NCBI RefSeq assembly: GCF_036321535.1
Contig: NC_087436.1
Location: 80,044,001-80,108,000, forward strand
Direction of reading: 5' to 3'
Length of the DNA stretch: 64,000 nucleotides
Origin: Camelus dromedarius
Lineage: Eukaryota
Shown piece after piece: positions 1-9,860 of this stretch (the first letter of the stretch is position 1; every line of letters begins with the position of its first letter). The notes beneath the pieces were generated by a model. That model was not told where the DNA came from and did not search any database. It saw only the letters and a list, made by a program, of their open reading frames with translations. The position numbers were made by a program, and so were the translations under genes.

Positions 1-1187
1 TTCATTCAATATCCACATTTATGTGGTGCCACATATTTATGTGAACCAGAGAATGATTCCAAGTAAGTAGGATATTTCCATTTTTCGTGGGTCACGATGA
101 TACAATCACCAAAAGACCAGTTTCTCTGAAATACCTCCTCTTAGAGGAGTAGCCATCAGTATTTCTACCTATCACGTCTTTTGATCCTTTAAAAGATCAG
201 TAGTGTTTCCTAACTATTTGCGTTAGCCCTAGCATGTAAAAAGTTTACCGCCTCCTGTCCTTTCCTTCCCCTAATCCTAAACACAGCAACAGTGGCTGGA
301 GCTTTGGTCTTTTCTTCACCCTAAGTCCTTCTCCCTTCAATCACTCCTGAAGCCCATGGTAAATGATAAGATAGTTTGATTGGGGTTGGAAAATATTGAT
401 TTAGTACATCTCCTCTAAGACCATTTCTGGAAGAAAAAATGTTTATAATTTAATGTTCCAAATATACCATCTTTTTTCAAAGTGAGAGGAGGCAGAATCT
501 AGCCATAAATTCATTACTTCTAACCCTTGACCCCGAGGCTTCAAGCCATCCATAGATCACACAGCAGAGAGTCAAAGTTCAGAGTCCCTTTAAATCATAC
601 ATAGCAGTTACTCTTCTAATAGTCTATTGAAAAGAGCCACCAATCTACTTTAAATGAAAGGAAAAGAAGTCCATATTTACCACCGCCCCACTGCCACGCA
701 GTACCTGCACTGAACCAGGAAAAGGCATGGAGAGCGGGCGTGGGAGAAAATGGAAGGAGTGGGAAGGTTGGCAGTCGTAGGGAGAGGGGATAAGGGCATC
801 ACATTAGGTGACTGTACAACAATGCACTTCCCCAGGGTGTTCACCCACGGCAGCAGTATTCAAATTGTGTCCTCTGTAGCTCAGGGATTCTGTAGAGGTG
901 CCCAACAAAAGGCCCAAGGAAAGGCTAGACAAGTAGATCTAGGGCATCTCTTACAACTAGAACAGCTTTGCTTTTATTACCTGGCATCCATATATATAAC
1001 ACCATACTAGAAAGAAAAATAAGAGTTCTATTTCTAAAAAAATATTTGAGACTCACTGATACAAGGTTCTAGAGGATTATCTGTTGGCCTCAGTAGCCAG
1101 AAATAAAGAGAGAAACATATGGGATGGTCTTTGAGACATTTTTAAAATTGCTATACTTTGGTTATCAAACTTGAGATGATAAAAAGT

Positions 1188-1815
1188 ACATAATAGCTAA
1201 CATGTATCAAGTGCTTACCATGTTCCCAGCACTATGCTAAGGGCTTCACGTTGATAAGTATCATAACAATACAAAGAGGCAGGTTACATTATGGTCCCCA
1301 TTGGGCAAGTAGGAAAACCTAGGCTCAGAGAGGCTAAGCTGTGTCCAAGTTTGTCCAAAAGGACCAAACAGGGTAGGATAACTGTTGAGACAACTTCAAA
1401 ATCTCAGTGGCTTAACACAGAGGCTTAGGTCGTATTCACATATCAGTTCAGTAAAGATGTCTGGTTGGTGGTCCTCCAGGGCGATTCAGGGACCTAGGCT
1501 TCTTCAATCTTGTGAAACATTCCCTAGAATCTCAGAGGCCGCTGCTAGATTTCTGCATCTGGTCACCAGACAGATAGCAGATTAGAGTATTGCATGGGAT
1601 GTTTTTTAGGGCCAGACCTAGACGTGGGATGCATAATTCTGCCCGCATTCCTTTGGTCAGAACTCATCACAAGGGTGTGTCCAGCTCTAATGGAAGTTGG
1701 GAAATGTAGTTTGGCTACATGCCCAGGAGAAAAGGGAAATTTGTTCTTGTCAGTCTCTACACAATGATAGGGCCAGGATTCAAACTTAGGAGCCTTGAAT
1801 CTTCCAGGGCCCACT
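1188..1815 (-). mobile_element. MIR SINE split by an LTR insertion (pieces ~1188-1355 and ~1764-1815)
   Basis: Reverse complement of the MIR tail and core (taatagctaacatgtatcaagtgcttac...aggctcagagaggctaag); it resumes after the LTR with gggccaggattcaaact. Confidence 0.8.
1360..1763 (-). mobile_element. ERVL-MaLR solo LTR (old MLT1, K/L-like)
   Basis: aaaatctcagtggcttaacaca...gggaaatgtagtt...cagtctctacaca are typical MLT1 motifs; the left boundary is approximate. Confidence 0.75.
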
Positions 1816-1920
1816 ACAGTATGGAATTAACTTGTCTCCAGTCATAAAATAAGCATTATGAATTATGACCTCTGGCATTATCATTACAGATTCTGGATAA
1901 TCCCTAAGAACAGTGCACAG

Positions 1921-2092
1921 TACATTCATTCATTTATCCATTCAACATTTATTAAACACTAAATACCAGGCAGATATTCATTCATTCATTTATTCAAAAT
2001 TTACTGAGCACTTACTGTGTGCCAGGGAAAGCTGGGGAAGCAGGAAAAAAATAAGAGAGAAACAATCTCTGCCAACATGGAACTTACATCTA
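1921..2092 (-). mobile_element. L2 3' end fragments (two adjacent tails)
   Basis: cattcattcatt...atttactgagcacttactgtgtgccagg matches the reverse complement of the L2 3' end. Confidence 0.75.
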
Positions 2093-2254
2093 AAGGACTT
2101 GAACTGTATTGTTCACATAAGGCACTTCACTATTTTCCACCAAATCATGCACCACAATGTGCTTTATGCACTTTCAGCCCCTGTTGTCTAGCTTGAATAT
2201 GTATGGGAATGAAGGAAGACACACATTTTCTATACGGGGATATATGTGAAAATT

Positions 2255-2670
2255 CCTTTGAAAGGCAGAGGTCTTACTGTGTTTGTCTCTGTGCTTTGGT
2301 GCCTAACACAGTATCTGGCATATGGATAAATGCTGGTATCATGGGAAAAAAGCACCAGACTAGGAATCCTGTGACTTAGGTTTTGTTCTTGTTCTGTTGC
2401 TCACTTAATGAATAACTTGGGCATCTTTCCTACTGCAAAGTGGAACCCTTTGAATCAAGACAGTTTCCCAGATCCCTTCCATCTCTAAAACATAAGCATA
2501 ACACTTTGAAGACATCTGGTCTGGTGGAAACTACCTGAACCTGGGGACCAGCAGATGTGGGATGCTCCAGTTCCATGTGGAAGTCACCCCAAATCTCTGG
2601 TCCTCAGTCAATTCACTGGTAAACAACACTTTTGAGTATTAGAGCATCCTTTCATATTCTAATACTCTAT
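2255..2670 (+). mobile_element. L2 tail followed by two degraded MIR3-like SINEs
   Basis: gtgcctaacacagtatctggcata (L2 tail); agatcccttccatctctaaaa and catcctttcatattctaatactcta (MIR3-like 3' ends). Confidence 0.55.
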
Positions 2671-3728
2671 TAGTATCTCTACTACTAATGTTAGGCACCA
2701 AAAGATCAGGTTCCTGCTTCAACTTAATTTCCTACAGCTGAATCCTAAACAAAGACCCCTAAAGGTCTGAAAAAAAGGCAGGATTTCTTCCATATGTAGC
2801 CAGAACAATTTTCTCTCCCTACCTGATCATTTTAACTATTTTTTTCTCCCCAAATTCACACACATCCTGGTTTCAACTGTTTGGCTCGGTATTAAGTAAC
2901 TCCTGATTTCAGCCCAGTTTACTCTGCTAATTCATTACTTATTACCACATTACCACATACCACTCTGGATTCTCAGTTTTCCGGTCCCAAATTAAAAGCC
3001 ATGTCAGAGCAAGGTGACTGTAACAGCCTAAACAATGAGGCTGTCTCTCTTAATATTCCCATTGGTCATTATGTCATATTTATTTAAGGTTTTAATCAAA
3101 GTAGGGGGGAAAACATAGTCTTCATGATAAAGGAGAAAATTTTCCTAATGCCCTAGAAATCAAGATATTATGCCCTGAACAATGAAAACTCATACAATGT
3201 TTAGCTTTATACAAAACTTTCACGAGACCTATTGCTAAGGAGACCAGATCTATTTATAATACCGATTGGAGAGTGAAGGAGATAAATCTGTGGTGCATAT
3301 GAGAGCCTTGAAATAACTTTTTTAGATGACACAAGATGTAACTATGGTTATGTTACCAACACACAGGAGATGTAAACACTTGTCTGAAAGTGTCTACAAT
3401 TGTGAAAATAAATATAAATCACAAAACTTCGGTTCAATTGTTTCCAGGAGGCACTAGGTAGAGCCAATTCCCTTTTAAAATAGAATCAACCATAAGTAAC
3501 AGTCAGATTGCTTGCAGATCCTGTCCATAGGCATTGCTAGAACATGGATTTTGAATTGGGCCGAGCCACAGGGGCCGGAAGCATTCTATAATAAAGAATG
3601 AAGAATTAAAAGTCTCAAAGCCAAAGGGTTTTGATGCCTTCATTCATTATTTAAAAACAAATCTCTTTAAAATGAAAGACTGCAATTCAAGCTTTATTTG
3701 GTCCCAGCCTAATGTCCTCCAGACTCAC

Positions 3729-3943
3729 TTTCCTGGCCGCCTGTGTACTGAGCGGTGCTACTGCTCTCCGGCCAGCAGCGGCTGCACTGGCTCGGAGGCC
3801 CTGAGGGGAACGGAAACGCCAGCAGCAGTGAGCGCATCCTATGGCCACGGTTTTTTCTCTAAGTACGTAAATCCTGCAGAAACCAGTCTCCGCTCTTGTT
3901 GTGCCTTCAAAGCCACACTCAGAGGAGTCTTATTCCGCAAAAT
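3729..3943 (-). other. Candidate exon (215 nt), probably non-coding or 5'UTR; host gene unidentified
   Basis: Minus-strand acceptor tcttcctatcAG and donor AAA|GTGAGT; about 12 CpGs in ~205 bp against a CpG-poor background; no frame is open across the whole exon. Confidence 0.35.
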
Positions 3944-4139
3944 CTGATAGGAAGACTTGGATAACTGGTTTCTAAATCCACGGTTTCCAAAGCCGAAAAG
4001 GGATCAACCAGGGTGTGGGAAGAAAATATTGAAACTTCATCTCCTTCAGAAAAATAAGAGAAATTGGGCTTTATTAATAATACTTAATATATGGATGGTG
4101 ATTAGTATATAGTGGCACACTAAAAATGATTACATGCCT

Positions 4140-4530
4140 TGGCGGTAGATCAGTCAGGCTCAGCAGGAAATAGAAGTTATCTGCAAACTGAATAAACTGA
4201 AGAAAGTTTAAGAGAAGGACAGTTGACACCAGTTTGGGGAGAGGATACAGTCCAGACAAGTAAATGCAGGGAGGGACAAATGGAGGGAAGAGATGCCAGA
4301 ACCAAGGGGAGAGGCATGGAGAGGTCCACGTGGCAGGAGCTGTAGCCTTCAGGACAGAGAGCAAGCTAACCCACGGCCACTGGGCAGGGTATGAGCCATG
4401 GAAATACTGCCCTGGCCTCATTCTGTCTTATCCTCCATTTCCTGCCAAACCCACCGGAAATCAGAGGATAAAGGAGCCCAGCGATGTGGCCCATATGGAC
4501 CAGTCTTCTCATGTGGCCCAGAGGGACACA
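4140..4530. mobile_element. Degraded ERVL-type LTR fragment
   Basis: Begins like old LTR consensus sequences (tcagtcaggctcagcaggaaatag...gaagaaagtttaagagaaggac); family not resolved. Confidence 0.4.
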
Positions 4531-4821
4531 CAGAAGCATCCAAAGAGGATGAACCCCCAGTTATGTTTACTAATAAGGTTACTCATTTGTGTAATCAAAA
4601 AAGTTAGGATACCACTGCTCTGAATAATTTTATTAAATACTAAGACTACACGAGAAAAAAGCTAAATGCAGAAGGCATAGGCTGCCTGGATCTAGGTTCA
4701 CTGGCCCATAATTAATTCAAAAAGTCTGTTCTGCATAAGAGAAGGGAAAATACAGCATTGGGGCTGGGTGTTTGCCATCTGTACTTTGCGTTATAAGGCC
4801 AATATTTGCTTCACTGGATTT

Positions 4822-5280
4822 TTTCATTCATTCACTCTTTTGTTCATTTATTTATTCATTGTCAGGCATTTTACAGGTGCTCAGAATACAAAGATGAATT
4901 AGATAGGATCCCTGGCCTCAAGATTCCATAAGTTTGTAGGAGACAGATATATAAATCACATGTAGAATAGTACTGTGATCACGCAAAGAAATCAGAGCAG
5001 GTCACATGAGTTTACAAAGAAAAACATGGTCAGTTCTACTGGAGGCTGGGAGAAGGTTTCACGGAGGCATTCATTTAGTAAAACTGAAGGAGAAAATAGA
5101 CAAAATATTCCAGGCCAAGGAAATATTATGGTTGAAATGATGGGGTGAATCTGAGGAAGTGGAAATAGTTTAGTGGGGCTGAGACTCAGAAGGGAAAGCA
5201 CGCAACGCATCTGAAAAGGTAGCCAGGCCAAGACTGCAGGAAGCCTCATTTGCCGGTCTGAAAAGTGGGAACTTTTCTCT
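4822..5280 (-). mobile_element. L2 LINE fragment
   Basis: ttcattcattca tail, then tacaaagatgaattagataggatccctggcctcaag and attccaggccaaggaaat. Confidence 0.75.
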
Positions 5281-7235
5281 GAACTATTTTCTACTGAGCT
5301 CTTATTTTGGGCAACTCTGCCTCAATATACTTGGAGCAGGGACCTCAACTGGAAAATAAGAACTGCAGGTCATGTGCCATCACACTGCATCAACTGGGAA
5401 AGTCATTCTGAACCCCAGTGTTAATAGCTACCCTTATCTAATGGTGAAGGAACCAACACTGAGCAACAATTTGTCCTATGATCAGTTTTGAATGCTGTGA
5501 ACACTGTTTCTTTAAGGATTTCTAAGCTACTTCAAGGTAAACTATGTAGTTAAAATAACCTTACTTGGTCATTAGAATTAAAATTTATGTATTATCTAGT
5601 CATTATCCAATAATGTCTGATTAAGACATGGCATCAACGATCTTTATCCTTCTTCCATGTTTTGCTAGCTATTAAAATGCACTCCCGTTAAAAAGCTCTC
5701 AGTCCCACCACCAAAGGGGCAGAGCCTGGACATTTTTCATGGACAGCAGATATTTTCACAGTATTACAGTCCTAATGATCTGACCATTTCCCAGTTAGTT
5801 GTCCCATATGGGTGTGGGAGCATCGGCTTTGGCATGTTTTATTTCTGAAAACAGAGGAGGCTAATTTCATTTGTCCTCTCTGTGTTGATAAGTAGCACCA
5901 ATAAGTCTGATTTTTCATCCTGCCCGAATCACAAAATATCTGTTAACTGTATAAAGCAGTTTAGAGAGTGCATTGGCTATTTGACAACTCAAATGCACAA
6001 AGAAATTCAATAACGATGGTTTGCAAGGAACAATGGAGTAAAGAATAAATTCTGAGAGCACTGAAAGTCAAAGTTGACCTCTTAAAGGAGTGCATCAAAT
6101 GAATGAACAATAAATTTTCCATAAGGCAAACCAAAGCATATTTTATAAAGCAAGAATTGTCTCCCCTGAATACTCAACGAGGCACCTAATGGGCCCAATT
6201 CTTATCCAATATAACTCTCACAGACTAGATCTGCTCTTTCCCCAACACATCCACTGGCACTCATATTTCATTAGGTTATTCCCGGTCAATATTCCTGTCA
6301 TGACTAGATAAAGGCGCCACCAAGAGGGAACCATTTGGAAGCACTGCAGCAGTTGGGTCCTCCTGAGAACAAAGTGTGGTGTTTCATTGCCACTTAAGAA
6401 TTTCAAGGTAAACAAAGGCAGATATCCCTCTACTCCTGGTTACTCTCTTAGAGACAAGCCAGTGGAACTTCCTATTATAGACAAAATCTTCAACAAAATT
6501 ATCTTTGGGTTTCATAGTTGACACTCAAGCTTGAGGAGCTTCTAAAGGTCAGAATGATTAGATCCAGGAGGAACGCAGTGGGAGGTATGGCCAGCAGGTG
6601 ATGAACACTTTCTGCCATGTAGAAGATCAAACCTCTCTCCTCAGAAACCAAACCGGGCCAGGAAGAGGATGCTGATGTCATAATGCACCTTCTCAAGCTC
6701 ATTGCCTTCTTTCACCCTCATCCAGTCTCCAACACAAAGCAAGCTGTAAGCAAGAGGCCCAGGGCACCTTCACTGCCTTTCAGTTATTCATCCTCAACTT
6801 ATTTTCTTGTTGTAATCTATGAAATCAGCACAACTGAAGAAGTCACAGATGGATTGACTGTGAAATGATTTATGATCCTTATTGCACCAGAGAAGTAATT
6901 TTATGCACGTAACTTCTTTTACAATTACCACTACATGATTTCAAAGGAGTTCACTGCTTATGGGAGGAGGCCATCAATAAGTGACACTTGCATATTCATT
7001 CATTTCAATCAGAGATTTTTAAAGACTCAGGGGAATAGTTCAGTGCCATTGAAAATTACTTTCTTTTTCATCATGTTTCCCCTATTGTTTGGTGGGTTTT
7101 TGTTTTTTTTTTTTTTTTTTTTGGTTTGTTTTTTCAGAGAAAAACGTCTGGTACAATCACAATCTGTTTGTATTTTACCCTATTTTTACTTTTATTTTTA
7201 AATGAAATTACATTTAAGGGAGTTAAAAAGAAAAG

Positions 7236-7460
7236 TTGCATTTATTAAATGCCAACTCTGCTCTAGGAACCATGCTAGCCCATATCTACATGATGTCTTG
7301 TATTCTCTCCAAGATCATAATGACTTTGCCTGTTCCACTAATGTAAAAACCTCAGAGACGCACAAATATTTGCCCAAGGTCAAACAGCAAATAAGTGACA
7401 GACAGACTGGTGTTTGAACTCACATCTGTCTAACTACAAAATCCATCCTCTTTCCATGAC
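7236..7460 (-). mobile_element. MIR SINE
   Basis: ttgcccaaggtcaaacagcaaataagtgacaga...tttgaactcacatctgtctaactacaaa (reverse complement of the MIR core). Confidence 0.8.
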
Positions 7461-7540
7461 TTCATACTGCCCTCAGCTTCAGGGGATAAAACTCAACCTG
7501 TTTTATATTTCTCAATCTGTGGAAAGGTTTTCCAGGCTTC

Positions 7541-7688
7541 TTGTTTTGCTTTTTTTTGAGGGATGTGGTAATTAGGTTTGTTTGTTTGTTTGTTTGTTTG
7601 TCTGTTTGTTTAGTGGAGGTGCTGGGGATTGAATTTAGGATCTTGTGCACACTAGGCATGCACTCTACCACTGAGCTATACCTTCCCA
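7541..7688 (-). mobile_element. Vic-1-type camelid tRNA-derived SINE
   Basis: Minus strand reads gggaaggtatagctcagtggtagagtgcatgcctagtgtgcacaagatcctaaattcaatccccagcacctcca, then (aaac)n, ctaattacc and an A-rich tail; A-box intact, B-box degraded. Confidence 0.85.
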
Positions 7689-7742
7689 CCCCAGGGTCCC
7701 AAAATAACCAGAGGCTGCTCACCACACTCCACGTCCTGTCTG

Positions 7743-7847
7743 TCTTTCTTTTTCTTTCTTTTTCTTTCTTTCTTCCTTCCTTTCTTCCTTCCTTCCTTCC
7801 TTCCTTCCTTCCTTCCTTCCTTCCTTCCTTCCTTCCTTCCTTCCTTC

Positions 7848-7910
<63 letters not shown>

Positions 7911-7959
7911 TTCTTCCTTCCTTCCTTCCTTTCCTTCCTTCCTTCCCTTTTTCTTTTTC
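7743..7959. repeat. Compound (TTTC)n/(TTCC)n microsatellite forming a 217-nt pure pyrimidine tract
   Basis: Seen directly; only C and T between 7743 and 7959. Confidence 0.97.
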
Positions 7960-8106
7960 AAACATGACTTAAATGGGGAGAACTTGGTGCCCACCATGAT
8001 CTGCGGGGCTGTGTTCAAAGCCTTGCTTGACCCTGACAACTCAGCCAAGCCAACACTACTTCAGGGAGGAGGTCATTAAGACACTTAGTTGATAGCACTG
8101 TGTTCG

Positions 8107-8348
8107 CCAGTTTTTCCCCAACTTCAGTCATTGCATGACATCTACACCACTTACCATACTGGAATGGTACTGAGCTACTATTAACATTTTAATCAATTTT
8201 AACTTAACTCAGTTTTTTATTTAATCTTATTCTAAGTCATAAGTTTAGTGTACTATCAATATTTTTCTTAAACATATTAAAATACACATATAACTAATAA
8301 AATAAAAAATGTTTATCAGTGCGCATTCCAAAATCTTCAGGAAGCACT
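8107..8348. mobile_element. hAT-Charlie-type MITE, degraded
   Basis: Terminus cagtttttccccaacttcagtcatt, AT-rich interior, degenerate opposite end ggaagcacta. Confidence 0.45.
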
Positions 8349-8427
8349 AATTGAGGGTAATTGGCTGTTTTTTCTCCACTTTTTACCCATTCGTGTATGT
8401 GTCATTTGCTCATGGTCTCACAATCTA

Positions 8428-8705
8428 TTTGTTTGTTTATTCATCCACTCAAAACACATTTATTGAGCACCAATGATGCATTAGACACTGTCTAGACACT
8501 GGAGAGTGGTTTGGCCAGGGAGAGGGCTGCTGGATTATTATAGCAACCCAGGGAGGGATGACAGAGACCAAATGAGATCAGTGGTAATGGAAGGGAATGG
8601 ATAAGTGTAAGAGACATTTCAGACATAGAACCCACAGACCTTGGTGTTAAATTCAATTCACAATGGAAGTTAAGAAAGGGAAGATGGATAAATGGCCCTA
8701 AGACC
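8428..8705 (-). mobile_element. L2 fragment
   Basis: cacatttattgagcacc...agacactgtctagacactggag; gaacccacagaccttggtg. Confidence 0.65.
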
Positions 8706-9089
8706 ATTTAAATATTTTAACTACATTAAATTGTAATATTTTCAGTTTTCGTTAATAACTTTGAACACAACTATAAACTCATAAGTAATGGAGAAAATTT
8801 CGAGGAGGAGGGAATCTTGCTTCTAACCAGAAATAATATTTAATATATTTAGCAACTTACGTGATATTGGCCACCAACCAATAGGAACCAATGCTGGGAA
8901 GGTCCTGGAGGCTTTCTCAACCCTAAAGGGTGGAGAAGGATAATAGGGGGAGTGCATTTGAAAAGGGGTTATAGGTGGTAGGAGGCTCAGGGTATAGCTA
9001 TTTACCAAGATATTTCAAGATTTTGCCAAAAGTTGCAAACTCCTGGATTATCAGCCTTGCTTAATTCCCTTTTTTGGCCCCCATCTCTC

Positions 9090-9535
9090 TCAGAGTGGAG
9101 TCTAAAATTTAGCCATAGTCCCCAAGGACTGACCCATGTACCACATCAGCCTCAGCTCAGCTCCAAACCCTCATCTTATCTCTGCTCCCCAACTCTCTAA
9201 AGTTCCAGGTTGCAAAGCCTTTACAAATGCCTCTCCTTCAGCCTAGGACACTCATCTGTCTTTCCAGCTCACTCCTAGTTGTCTTTCTGTCCCCATCTTG
9301 GATGCAGTACCCCAAAGAAGTTTCTCCTGGCTTTCCGTATCAAGACAGGCTCTCTTTTTATATACAGCACTCTGTTCTCCTTCATAGCATTCAAGACAAT
9401 TGGAATTAAATAATTTGTTGGATAATTATTTGTTTCCTGTCTGTCTTTCTACACTAGACTCACTAAGCACCATGAGAACATGGACCAGGCCAGCATGTTC
9501 CTTTCCCCAAAGCCTCACGTAGAGCTTGCTAGTAA
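9090..9535 (+). mobile_element. L2 fragment (3' region)
   Basis: ttatttgtttcctgtctgtctttctacactagact...caccatgagaaca. Confidence 0.65.
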
Positions 9536-9642
9536 AGCCCTATAAAGTAATGGACCCAGAGTGTTTTGCCTAGCAGGAAGAGAGTGGGGACTATTCACTT
9601 ACTGTTGTTGATAAAGGAAAGGCTTGGGACATTTTGGTGGAA

Positions 9643-9860
9643 ATTACCATTTATAGAACCCATACCATAGGCCAGGCACTGACCTCAGAACTTGTTTTTA
9701 TCTCATTTAATATACATTTATACATCTCACTATAATCCTGAAGATTAGGCATTATTATGTTGTTTTTAGATGAGGCATCCAAGGCTTAGAGAAGTAAAGA
9801 AACCAGCTTAGCATCACTCAACTAATAAGTAACAGAGTAAGGATAAAAAATGTTGCCCCG
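9643..9860 (-). mobile_element. MIR SINE
   Basis: aggcattattatgttgtttttagatgaggcatccaaggcttagagaagtaaag. Confidence 0.65.

Noticed and set aside
5705..5725. CTCF-like motif (also near 17764 and 56354)
   Set aside because: Each has mismatches or spacing errors in the core; not supportable without a PWM scan
7610..7688. tRNA gene
   Set aside because: The tRNA-like head is followed by a SINE body and tail, the B-box is degraded, and no intact acceptor stem is evident
7462..8048. Long K/E/R-rich and F/L/P/S-rich ORFs
   Set aside because: Translations of the TTTC/TTCC microsatellite and the SINE
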